The translations under genes were made by a program, and so were the position numbers. Shown piece after piece: positions 28,576 to 38,050 of a stretch of DNA of 64,000 nt (the stretch's first letter is position 1; the number at the start of each line of letters is the position of its first letter). The stretch spans positions 7,713 through 71,712 of the forward strand of contig JAIRKQ010000006.1 in the NCBI GenBank assembly GCA_031260055.1, in the 5' to 3' direction. The notes below the pieces were generated by a model. The model made no database searches, was not told the origin of the DNA, and saw nothing but the letters and a program-made list of their open reading frames with translations. The stretch is from Puniceicoccales bacterium (GTDB taxonomy: Bacteria; Verrucomicrobiota; Verrucomicrobiia; Opitutales; JAIRKQ01).

Positions 28576-30099
28576 GTGCTAAAAATTGATAGTGTCGCCA
28601 GTGATAAAAACGTGGATCGGATGGAGAAGATAGTTTCATTGATGAAACGGAGAGGTTTCATTTTTAGATCATCTGATATTTATGGCGGATTGAACGGTTT
28701 TTTCGACTACGGACCGCTCGGGGTGGAACTAAAGCGTAATATAAAGGAAGCTTGGTGGTCGGATGTGGTGAAAAGGCGTGATGATGTCGTCGGCCTAGAC
28801 TGTTCGATAATTTCGCCAAAAAAAATTTGGGAAGCTTCGGGTCACGTGGCTGGATTTTCTGATCCGATGGTGGATTGCAAAGAATCAAAAATGCGCTTTC
28901 GGGCGGATCAACTATTTTTCGCAAACGTAGTTATCGGCGGCGAATCCATAGGTTATATTTGTGTCCAAGAATGTGACAATATGACAGAGGCAGCCGAAAT
29001 GGCAGCCGAAACGTTGAAGAAAAAATTAAAAAAGGTAGGAGCGTTGCAAAAATTGGTAGTCAAACCAGTTACGGAAGCTTCTCATGAAGAAATGGCTTTG
29101 ATTCCTTCTCCCGTGACGGGAACGATTGGGGCATTAACCCTGCCGCGGGAATTTAACCTGATGTTCCAAACCCATGTCGGAGCTGTTTTCGATGATACCT
29201 CCGTGGCCTATTTGCGTCCGGAAACTGCCCAGGGCACATTCGTTAATTTTCTGAATGTTATCGATACGACGCGGGTGAAAATTCCATTTGGAATTGCACA
29301 GATGGGAAAGTCATTTAGGAATGAAATCACTCCTAGAAATTTCATTTTCCGTTCCCGGGAATTCGAACAAATGGAATTGGAATTTTTCATCGATGATTCG
29401 GAAGAAGAATGGCAAAATTGGCATGAATATTGGATAAACGAACGGCTGAAATGGCATAAAAGCATAGGGATTTGCGAAGATTTATTGGGGCTTGATGTAC
29501 ATAAAAAAGAAAAACTGGCACATTACTCAAAGGCGTGTACGGATATCACATTTAAGTATCCCTTTGGCGTACAGGAACTCGAAGGAGTTGCTGCCCGGGG
29601 AAATTTTGACCTTGCGCAACATCAGAATTATAGTGAACAATCGATGGAGTATTTTGATGAAAACACAAAGAGAAAATATATTCCCCATGTTATAGAACCC
29701 GCTGCAGGCATAGATCGCACATTGCTTGCCATCGTCTGTTCCGCCTATCATGAGGAAAAGGTTGGCGATGAAGTGCGCACGGTTTTGAAGTTTGTTCCCC
29801 GCATTGCCCCTGTTAAAGCGGCGATATTTCCACTGGTAAAAAACAATCCCGAAATCGTCGCTAGATCCCAGGAAATATATAAAACGCTTCAGCAACGGTG
29901 GAATGTTTTCTATGATATTAGTGGGGCCATTGGAAGAAGGTATAGAAGAATGGATGAAATTGGTACTCCCTATTGCATAACCGTTGATTTTGACAGCCTA
30001 AAGGATGGTACATTTACGCTGAGGGACAGAGATTCGATGCAGCAGGAAAGAATATCTTTGGAAAAATTAATTTTGTTGATGAATGACAAAATTTTCTAA
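28576..30099 (+). CDS. glyS: Glycine--tRNA ligase, homodimeric alpha2 type
   Basis: KRRGFIF.SSDIYGG..GFFDYGPLG, YLRPETAQG, GKSFRNEITP.NFIFRSREFEQME, IEPAAG.DR, anticodon-binding domain GAIGRRYRRMDEIGTP. Start may be ATG 28621. Confidence 0.96.
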   Translation: MLKIDSVASDKNVDRMEKIVSLMKRRGFIFRSSDIYGGLNGFFDYGPLGVELKRNIKEAWWSDVVKRRDDVVGLDCSIISPKKIWEASGHVAGFSDPMVDCKESKMRFRADQLFFANVVIGGESIGYICVQECDNMTEAAEMAAETLKKKLKKVGALQKLVVKPVTEASHEEMALIPSPVTGTIGALTLPREFNLMFQTHVGAVFDDTSVAYLRPETAQGTFVNFLNVIDTTRVKIPFGIAQMGKSFRNEITPRNFIFRSREFEQMELEFFIDDSEEEWQNWHEYWINERLKWHKSIGICEDLLGLDVHKKEKLAHYSKACTDITFKYPFGVQELEGVAARGNFDLAQHQNYSEQSMEYFDENTKRKYIPHVIEPAAGIDRTLLAIVCSAYHEEKVGDEVRTVLKFVPRIAPVKAAIFPLVKNNPEIVARSQEIYKTLQQRWNVFYDISGAIGRRYRRMDEIGTPYCITVDFDSLKDGTFTLRDRDSMQQERISLEKLILLMNDKIF

Positions 30100-30160
30100 G
30101 AGTACCATCATTTAACTTGTTGTTTGTAAATTCTTATGTACAATGAGAGGCCTTTACTTT

Positions 30161-30610
30161 ATGGAGTATACGGAAGCAGTAGATATAGTTTCTGAGCTTT
30201 TTAGAATAAGCCAATGGGCTAGTAATGAGTATGGCGAAAAGTATGCCATCCTAGACAATGATATTGAGATTCGGATATTTCAGTCGGCCAGGGATAAAAT
30301 GGTAATACAGGGAATGTTCGGGGAACCCATCCAAAACCTATCGGCAGCGAATGCAAGCGAAGTAAAGTTTCGTTATCTTCTTCAGGCCAATTTTATTAGA
30401 ATTATCCAATACGATGATGTTTTATCCATAGATAAACGCACAAATCGATTAACTACGACACGACATATTTCTTTATTTGGAACTTCCATGGAAAAAGTCC
30501 TCGATGTGGTCGAATCTTTTATCAAAAATGTAGACTTTTGGGATATGGCCTTGAAAAGGAAGCAATCGTTTGCTACAGTATCTCCTCTATTGAAATTTTC
30601 TCTAAAATAA
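30161..30610 (+). CDS. Type III secretion chaperone, CesT/YscB-like
   Basis: ~150 aa, acidic, with the LLQANF...LSID motif and a C-terminal amphipathic helix (VESFIKNVDFW). Its stop overlaps the sctC start (TAATG). Confidence 0.7.
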   Translation: MEYTEAVDIVSELFRISQWASNEYGEKYAILDNDIEIRIFQSARDKMVIQGMFGEPIQNLSAANASEVKFRYLLQANFIRIIQYDDVLSIDKRTNRLTTTRHISLFGTSMEKVLDVVESFIKNVDFWDMALKRKQSFATVSPLLKFSLK

Positions 30611-32496
30611 TGGGAATAGTAAAAAAGTTTTTTCAGTTTGCATTGATTTTCGTCTATTGTGCACTCTACGCAGAAGAAAGAGATCCCATTGGCGTCTCGC
30701 CATATGGGGCACTTCCCTTTTCAAAGTCGAGTTATTACCACTTTGCCAAGGACCAAAATTTATCTGCCCTCATTCAAGACTTTTTTTCCATGCAGGGTAT
30801 AACCGTTGTGATCAGTGATAGAATAAATTATACCGTAAATGGCAGGTTCAGTAAAATGGATCCGGCAGAATTTTGGAGTTACATAACCAAGGCCTATGGG
30901 TTGGTTTGGTTCTTCGACGGTAAAATAATGTTTGTCTATACAAATTCCGAGCTGCAAACACAGATTTTCAGGATGGATCCGGATGGAATTGGCACATTGT
31001 CTGTGATTCTATTACGCCTAGGATTTATTGCTTCCGATTTTTCGTTTCGAGCTGTCGGCGAAGCAAATGTTCTAATAGTAACTGCACCTCCTCAGTATAT
31101 TGACGTGATAAACGACATAGCAACCAAGTTTGTCCCAAGTAAGATTTCTGACACCACCATTGTGAAAATCATACCGTTAAAATATGCCTGGGCCTACGAT
31201 ATGACTTTTAACTATGCCAATGGTTCGATTTCCGTCCCCGGTGTCTCAAGTTTATTACAAAGTATTATTACGGGCCAGCAATTATCAGCGGCGTTCTCTC
31301 CTTTCAATGTTAATGTAGGAGCAAATCAGAAGCAAGTAGAATATCAGCAGATGGTAGGGGTGCTCGACGATACCCCTCCATACGCAAAAGACATAAATAA
31401 CAATATCAAGAATATGCAAAAGGATGGGAAAAATTCCGACAAGGGCAAAAATGACAAATCTTCGGGAGACAAATCGTCCAGCGATGGTAACAGCATAGAT
31501 ATTTCAGGAACTTCTTTGCCTGGATTTATAACCTGTGATCAGCGGTTAAATGCGATAATAATTCGCGATAGACGGGAAAATATGCCATTTTACGAAGAAA
31601 TTATATCGAAACTCGATGTACCATGTGAAGTTATAAAAATTGACGTTGCTATCGTAGACGTAAATAAAACCTCTTCCCTTGTTTTTGGGCTTAGTGGCAT
31701 TAGCGCTACCCTTTCCAATGGGAAGCCGATTGGTATTTCGATGTCAAAAACCGACCTCAATGCGACAGCCGTTGCTAACTTGGCCTCAACTGGCTCAATT
31801 GCTGGGAAATTGGGTATAGCAAAAAATGCCGAGATAAGTTATGCTATTGATGCTTTGGAAAAAAGCAGTAATGGGCAGGCAGTTTCTCGACCATCCGTTC
31901 TAACACTCGATAACGTCGCAGCAATTTTAGAGACCGATAAAGTACACTACGCTACAGTATCAGGAACAAATAATTCGAACGCATATACCCAATCTGCAAC
32001 TACCAAGTTACAGGTTGTTCCACATATCATTCCGGGAGATGTTGATGAAAATGGTAAGCGTAAAATGAAGCTATTCGTTGACATATCCGACGGAAGTTTT
32101 GAGGTCAATGAAGAGGGTGACGAAACCTCTACTGTAACCCAACACTCCCTGAATACGCAATCCGTACTGTACGAAGGGCAGAGCTTAGTCATAGGAGGCT
32201 ATGACTCGGAAATAAACCAAAAAAAGGATAATGGAATCCCTGTATTGCAGCATTTTCCACTAATAGGAACTTTGTTCAAGCATACGACTAATAGCAAAGA
32301 AGTCAAAGAACGCATTTACATAATTTCTCCATCCGTCATAGAAATTCGCAGCGATGACCATAAGCACGATAGATTCGTCCAAAATGGGCAGCTCACAGCC
32401 GAAGGAACCCTTGAAGCTGACAATTATCCGTTAACCATCCCATGGCCAAAAGAAAAACGTCCTAAGCCTAAACTATTTAGAACAAGAATCGATTGA
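30610..32496 (+). CDS. sctC: Type III secretion outer-membrane secretin SctC (YscC/HrcC family)
   Basis: Signal peptide; N0 domain YHFAKDQNLSALIQDF...VNGRF...AYGLVWFFDG.IMFVY.NSE; LKYAWAYD; DQRLNAIIIRD; secretin core SRPSVLTLDN..A; IPVLQHFPLIGTLFK. Confidence 0.92.
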   Translation: MGIVKKFFQFALIFVYCALYAEERDPIGVSPYGALPFSKSSYYHFAKDQNLSALIQDFFSMQGITVVISDRINYTVNGRFSKMDPAEFWSYITKAYGLVWFFDGKIMFVYTNSELQTQIFRMDPDGIGTLSVILLRLGFIASDFSFRAVGEANVLIVTAPPQYIDVINDIATKFVPSKISDTTIVKIIPLKYAWAYDMTFNYANGSISVPGVSSLLQSIITGQQLSAAFSPFNVNVGANQKQVEYQQMVGVLDDTPPYAKDINNNIKNMQKDGKNSDKGKNDKSSGDKSSSDGNSIDISGTSLPGFITCDQRLNAIIIRDRRENMPFYEEIISKLDVPCEVIKIDVAIVDVNKTSSLVFGLSGISATLSNGKPIGISMSKTDLNATAVANLASTGSIAGKLGIAKNAEISYAIDALEKSSNGQAVSRPSVLTLDNVAAILETDKVHYATVSGTNNSNAYTQSATTKLQVVPHIIPGDVDENGKRKMKLFVDISDGSFEVNEEGDETSTVTQHSLNTQSVLYEGQSLVIGGYDSEINQKKDNGIPVLQHFPLIGTLFKHTTNSKEVKERIYIISPSVIEIRSDDHKHDRFVQNGQLTAEGTLEADNYPLTIPWPKEKRPKPKLFRTRID

Positions 32497-32551
32497 CGTT
32501 GACGCTGTTTAATTGCTTTTTCTCCATTCCTGCACCTGCATGAACAGACTT

Positions 32552-34720
32552 CTAGGCTGATAGGTATAATCCCGTCAATCGTTTCATCCTTTCCTTATTT
32601 TGGGCCGCAATGGAGTATGCTCTGGGATCTCCAACGATGAACACTTTATTTTTCCCACGCGTGATGGCGGTGTACAGAAGGTTGCGCTGTAACATAATGT
32701 AATGCTGTTTCAGCAATGCAATTATTACGATGGGGAACTCGCTACCCTGGGATTTGTGTATACTTATGGCATAGGCCAAATGGATATCCGACAAATTCCC
32801 TTTGCTTAGGCATACAACCTCATCTCCAAATTTGGCCATTGCCGTATGATCATCGTCGTTCAAATAGGTTATATTGCCAAGATCTCCGTTGAAAATATTC
32901 TTCTCGTAATTATTTCTTATTTGAATAATTTTATCCGCAATTCTAAATTGTGTCCAAGGAACACCATATTCCTTTGAAATAAAGATATTTTGAAAGGTGG
33001 TATTTAAATTTTCCGTTCCCACTATTCCCTGGTGTACGGGGACTAAAACTTGTACATCGTTGATGGGGTCGATATTGTACCACATCGGAAGATATTTTTG
33101 GCACAGGAGAGTTATCTTTTCCAGACAAATTTCAGGGGTTTCAGCCTCTATGAAGTGAAAATCGCGGGATGGATTGATGTCACCAAAGGAATGCATTATT
33201 TCTGGACAATCTTCCACCGCATGGATGATATTGTGAGCAACGGAAACGATTTCGCTGCAAGCTTCCTGACGAAAAATTCTATCCAACCGTGTAACATAAA
33301 ACTTTTTAGATTTTATGATATCCCCCAACACATTTCCTGGTCCCACGGAAGGCAATTGGTCGATGTCGCCGACAAGCAACACGTGGGCGGTAGTCGGAAG
33401 TGCTCTAAACAATGAAGCAGCCAGGAAAACATCAACCATACTTGTTTCATCTACCACAATAAAATCCAACTTAAGCGGCGTAGATTCATTGTGCAAAAAT
33501 GTGCGTTCACCGGGCTTATACTGCAGTAACCTGTGAATGGTTTGGGCAGGCTTCCCCGTGGTTTCGGAAATTTTTTGGGCAGCACGCCCCGTGGGAGCAC
33601 ACAGGACAATGTTTACTTTTTTGGCGGAAAGAATTGTCACGAGCGAACGAAGGATGGTCGTTTTCCCAGTCCCAGGACCACCGGTCAAGATAGATACTTT
33701 GTGGGTCAATGCAGCTTCAATGGCTGCAATTTGCCCCGGCGCAAATGCTAAACTTTCACGCTTTTGTACCCAATCAATCGCTTTTTCTACCCAAATATCA
33801 GGCAGCGTTGAACTTTTATCGAAGAGAATATTTTGCAAACATTTGCCTATGGTATCTTCCATATTTTTTAGCGATGACTTTTGTACGATTTCATCGGAAA
33901 TCATGCATAACCTGCCGAAGGTGACCAACTTTTCAACGCGTTCGTTTATTCTGTCGGGAGATAATTCCAACAGGATCTGTGCTGATTTTAGTAGCTGTTG
34001 GCGGTAGATGCACGTATGGCCATCATCCTCGACCAGCGATAAAATGTGCATAATTCCAGCATCGATACGGGATGAATGCGTGGAAGGGATGCCAAGATTT
34101 TTCGCAATTCTATCAGCCGTTTTGAATCCCACCCCTTGCACCTCCTGGGCAACGCGATAGGGATCGGTTTCCAAAATTGTCCGTGCTCTAACACCATATT
34201 TTTCATATAATTTAATGCATAGCGCGTTGGTCACATCGTAGGTCTGCAAAAAAATCATGATGTCCCGTATGGCAAACTGAGAATCCCAGGCATCTTTTAT
34301 CTTTACTGCACGCTGTTTCCCAATCCCATCAACTTCTAACAGCCGAGCAGATTCGGTCGACAGAATATTAAACGTATCTGCTCCAAAATAATCTACTATT
34401 TTCCTTGCATAGATTTTCCCAATTCCTTCGACCAATCCGCTGCCCAGATAGCGCCGAATACCCCTAATATCGGAGGGCAATTTGGACTCAAACTGTTCCA
34501 CATTAAACTGCTTCCCATGCATTTCGTGGACCGTCCAATTCCCTGTCATTTCCAAGGTTTCCCCAGGTTGAACACCCGGTAAAATTCCACACGCCGTTAC
34601 CTTGGTCCCCGATTGCGATTCCTTAACCTCTATGATACTATAGAAGTTAGCATCGTTTCGAAAAATAATCCTTTCGAGTACGCCTACTATGGTCGGTTTC
34701 GACTCTTCTGCCTCGGTCAC
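32552..34720 (-). CDS. recD2: ATP-dependent RecD2 (RecD/TraA family) helicase
   Basis: N-terminal OB and HhH domains (GIGKIYA, GIGKQRA), GGPGTGKTT, APTGRAA, DETSM, GDIDQLPSVGPG, YAISIHKSQGSE. Confidence 0.95.
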   Translation of the reverse strand: MTEAEESKPTIVGVLERIIFRNDANFYSIIEVKESQSGTKVTACGILPGVQPGETLEMTGNWTVHEMHGKQFNVEQFESKLPSDIRGIRRYLGSGLVEGIGKIYARKIVDYFGADTFNILSTESARLLEVDGIGKQRAVKIKDAWDSQFAIRDIMIFLQTYDVTNALCIKLYEKYGVRARTILETDPYRVAQEVQGVGFKTADRIAKNLGIPSTHSSRIDAGIMHILSLVEDDGHTCIYRQQLLKSAQILLELSPDRINERVEKLVTFGRLCMISDEIVQKSSLKNMEDTIGKCLQNILFDKSSTLPDIWVEKAIDWVQKRESLAFAPGQIAAIEAALTHKVSILTGGPGTGKTTILRSLVTILSAKKVNIVLCAPTGRAAQKISETTGKPAQTIHRLLQYKPGERTFLHNESTPLKLDFIVVDETSMVDVFLAASLFRALPTTAHVLLVGDIDQLPSVGPGNVLGDIIKSKKFYVTRLDRIFRQEACSEIVSVAHNIIHAVEDCPEIMHSFGDINPSRDFHFIEAETPEICLEKITLLCQKYLPMWYNIDPINDVQVLVPVHQGIVGTENLNTTFQNIFISKEYGVPWTQFRIADKIIQIRNNYEKNIFNGDLGNITYLNDDDHTAMAKFGDEVVCLSKGNLSDIHLAYAISIHKSQGSEFPIVIIALLKQHYIMLQRNLLYTAITRGKNKVFIVGDPRAYSIAAQNKERMKRLTGLYLSA

Positions 34721-34918
34721 CTATTCCCCCACGCTAATGGTTAGTGTAACATTTTCTGCCAAAAACATTGTTTCTGCCCATGTGACTACGAACGATGCAT
34801 GCCTAATCTCGATGATGTTTTGCATGGCTGACAAAAAACTCAGTAATCCAATAATTGCAAGTGTTTAAGCAATTGCTATGGGTTTGGACATAAATTGCGG
34901 GAAAGGCACTATGAGAGG

Positions 34919-35932
34919 CTAATAGTTTAAAATTTTCATACCCTGCATGATATAATTTTGTACGTAATCTTCTACGGCAGCTTTTAGAGGTGTGATTGGC
35001 TGATCATATCCCAGGCTGCGCAATTTTGAAATATCCGCACAGGTGTGGTATTGATATTTATCCTTCAACTCACTTGGCATATCGATAAACTCTATGCAAG
35101 CTTCTCTGTCCATGGCCTCAAAAATGGCAAGTGCTAATTCTTTCCACGTGGACGCTATTCCAGAACCAAGATTATAGATACCGTAGGTGGGTTTCCCATT
35201 GACCACTTCTGGAATTTCTGCCAAAAACATTGTCATGGCAACGGCATCTTTTACGTACAAAAAATCCCGCCTCTGTTCCCCATCCTTAATTTCCTGTCTA
35301 CCACTTTTGAACAGGTACACTTTGCCATTTGCAAGAATTGATTCGTAGGCTTTTAATACCATGCTACGCATGTTACCCTTGTGATATTCGTTAGGGCCGA
35401 AAATATTGAAATATTTCATGCCATGGACGCGTAAATTGTTTTTAGTAGCGTACAAGTCAAAGAGATGTTTCGAATATCCGTACATGTTCAATGGACGCAG
35501 ATCGGTGTTGGAGGAATCTTCATCGGACATTCCCCGGGAACCATCCCCATAGGTGGCTGCCGATGATGCGTAGACAAAACGGATATGCCCGCTGTGGGCA
35601 AAATTTGCCAGTGTCTTTGTGTATTCGTAATTGTTTTTAATCAAATAGGCCGCATTTTTTTCCATAGTTGATGCACACGCTCCCAGGTGAAAAATGTGAG
35701 TAATTGTATTCAATTTGGGATCTTTTTTTTCTACCATATCAAGCATGGTATCCGCTTCAACATAATCGTTAAACCGCAGGGGAACAATGTTGAGAAATTT
35801 ATTGTCACTGCCTAAAAAGTCTGAAACGATGATATTTTCAAACCCTCTATTGTTCAATTCACTAATCAAAGCACTCCCAATAAATCCAGCACCACCTGTG
35901 ACTAAAATAGTTCCCGCCTCTGAAAGTCTCAT
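34919..35932 (-). CDS. hldD: ADP-L-glycero-D-manno-heptose 6-epimerase
   Basis: ILVTGGAGFIGS, FHLGACAST, YASSAATYG, PLNMYGYSK, YFNIFGPNEYHKG.M.S, RDFLYVKD. Confidence 0.95.
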   Translation of the reverse strand: MRLSEAGTILVTGGAGFIGSALISELNNRGFENIIVSDFLGSDNKFLNIVPLRFNDYVEADTMLDMVEKKDPKLNTITHIFHLGACASTMEKNAAYLIKNNYEYTKTLANFAHSGHIRFVYASSAATYGDGSRGMSDEDSSNTDLRPLNMYGYSKHLFDLYATKNNLRVHGMKYFNIFGPNEYHKGNMRSMVLKAYESILANGKVYLFKSGRQEIKDGEQRRDFLYVKDAVAMTMFLAEIPEVVNGKPTYGIYNLGSGIASTWKELALAIFEAMDREACIEFIDMPSELKDKYQYHTCADISKLRSLGYDQPITPLKAAVEDYVQNYIMQGMKILNY

Positions 35933-36099
35933 AGGTTTGGATGATTAAAATTTTTTGCCCATTGGCAATAGTCAACATAAAATCCACAAACCATTTAGGC
36001 TGTTATCTTTCTAAACGCGGTCTAAACACGTTCCCGGAAAGAATCTGAAAGGTGTGTGAGATTTTAACGTTGATTAAAGATTTGGGATGAGTATCTTGC

Positions 36100-36567
36100 T
36101 TGCCAATGAAATGCCCGAAGTGCGGACATTTATATTCAAAAGTTACCGATACGCGTGTTACCGCGGATGTAACTTCCATCCGTCGTCGTCGTGTATGTCT
36201 AAAGTGCGACCATAGGTTTTTTACGAATGAAGTCCTGTGCGTCGAATACCCAATCGTTATTAAACGAGACGGTCGGAAGGAAGAGTTTGATGGGGAAAAA
36301 ATTAAAGCCGGGCTAATGAAAGCGTTTAAAAAACAAAGTGGAATCAAAGAAAAAGTTAATAATATAGTCAATAGAGTTTTGGCAGAAATTATTTCGAAAT
36401 ACCCCGAAAAAGTCCTATCGGAAAAAATTGGAAGCATAATAATGGAGCGACTAAGAACCAGCGAACCGGTCGCATATCTGCGTTTCGCCAGCGTATATAA
36501 AAATTTCGAAACGGCTAAAGACTTCGCACTAGAATTTGAGCAACTATTGCTAGACCTTCCCAAGTAG
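36100..36567 (+). CDS. nrdR: Transcriptional repressor NrdR
   Basis: MKCPKC...VTDTR...IRRRRVCLKC..RF.T.E zinc ribbon, ATP cone, VAYLRFASVY. Confidence 0.96.
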   Translation: MPMKCPKCGHLYSKVTDTRVTADVTSIRRRRVCLKCDHRFFTNEVLCVEYPIVIKRDGRKEEFDGEKIKAGLMKAFKKQSGIKEKVNNIVNRVLAEIISKYPEKVLSEKIGSIIMERLRTSEPVAYLRFASVYKNFETAKDFALEFEQLLLDLPK

Positions 36568-36708
36568 GAAGTCAAATAAAGAATCAAAATCTTCGGATCA
36601 TATTTCTGCTACGAAATTTTTGAACTTTTGACATAAATGATTGACATTTTCGAACAAAAAAACACACCGCATACTTGTGGCTTGGGAAGAGGATACGTGG
36701 GTAAAAAT

Positions 36709-38034
36709 ATGAATAGTGAGATAAGCCATGAGATAATAAAACGCTTTGGAGTGTTGATAGAGAAAAAAGTCTGTGGGGAAGAATTGACAGATAGTGAAAT
36801 ACGAGAGATAACGAATGCCATAATTATCAAAAAAATTCCCGACTTCCAGTTGTCGGCTTTTTTGATGGCAGTGTACTTCCAAAGTATGAGTATCCAAGAG
36901 GCTTCAACGTGGACGGAAGAGTTAATGCTGTCCGGAGATATCATCGATATTGGGATGATTTCTGGCCCCAAAGTTGATAGGTGTTCCACAGGAGGAGTGG
37001 GAGATAAATCGGCTTTTGTATTGATGGCAATAGCTGCCTGCTGTGGAATAGCAGTCCCGACTTTGGTCGATAGCTACGACGGGTTGGTCATTTCCGATTT
37101 GGACAAAATGTCATCTGTTCCTGGTTTTGACTATAAATTTGACACTAAAAGGTTTCAAAAACAACTCAAAAAAATAGGATGTTGTTACTATCAGCAGCCA
37201 GAAAATATTGCACCCGTAGATGTGACCCTTGATAAAGTTAGGCGTTTAATTGGCACAATTTCCAGTGTACCGCTTGTAACGGGAAGTATTTTGGGGAGCA
37301 AGCTATCTTCCGGGGTGGATGGTGTTGTTGTCGATGTTAAGTGGGGCAATGGTTCTTTCGTAAAGGATATGGAGCAAGCCAAACAGCTTGGTAGAATGAT
37401 AACTCGTGTTGCTCGAGCTTTGAATAAAAAGTGCATTGCGATTGTAACGGATGCCAATCAACCCCTTGGAAAAACAGTGGGGACTTGGTTGGAAATCAAA
37501 GAAACCATCGAATTACTTCAGGGGCAAGGCGATGTGGAAATGCAAGATCTAATCCTGCGAATTGGCATGGAATTCATCAGATTGGCAGGAGTTGCAGGAT
37601 CAACATTATCAGCCAAGCAATTGATCATTAAAAAACTTTCCGATGGATCAGCTCTAAATAAATTCAAAGAATTGATAGCAGAACAGGGGGGAGATACATC
37701 ATATATCGATAATCCGGAAAAATATCCACAGGCCAAATATTCACGGAAACTAGCGGCACAAAAACGGGGCTACATACATACGGTGAATGCTGGCATGATT
37801 GCACGAGGAGTAAGTATTTTATCCAAAAAACCCGACGGGACAATAGATCACATGGTTGGAGTATCCGACATAATGAAAGTCGGCATGCAAATTAAGCAAG
37901 GGGAGCCACTCATAATGATTCACTATAATGATGAAACAAATCTTGAATCTGCTCTAGAATACTTTAGGGATGCGTATAGGCTTGCTCCAAAAAGACCGGC
38001 ATTGAACGAGTTAATTGTGGAACGCATTGCATAG
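36709..38034 (+). CDS. deoA: Thymidine / pyrimidine-nucleoside phosphorylase family protein with divergent active-site residues
   Basis: STGGVGDK, VVDVKWGNGSF, QPLG..VG..LE..E and C-terminal PYNP domain; the canonical KHSTGG reads RCSTGG. Confidence 0.85.
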   Translation: MNSEISHEIIKRFGVLIEKKVCGEELTDSEIREITNAIIIKKIPDFQLSAFLMAVYFQSMSIQEASTWTEELMLSGDIIDIGMISGPKVDRCSTGGVGDKSAFVLMAIAACCGIAVPTLVDSYDGLVISDLDKMSSVPGFDYKFDTKRFQKQLKKIGCCYYQQPENIAPVDVTLDKVRRLIGTISSVPLVTGSILGSKLSSGVDGVVVDVKWGNGSFVKDMEQAKQLGRMITRVARALNKKCIAIVTDANQPLGKTVGTWLEIKETIELLQGQGDVEMQDLILRIGMEFIRLAGVAGSTLSAKQLIIKKLSDGSALNKFKELIAEQGGDTSYIDNPEKYPQAKYSRKLAAQKRGYIHTVNAGMIARGVSILSKKPDGTIDHMVGVSDIMKVGMQIKQGEPLIMIHYNDETNLESALEYFRDAYRLAPKRPALNELIVERIA

Positions 38035-38050
38035 TATGTAAAGATTTTCT

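Noticed and set aside
34721-34918. ~200-bp gap between recD2 and hldD as a hidden sRNA or small gene
   Set aside because: Only a ~34-codon ORF without features, and no recognisable RNA motif or strong hairpin
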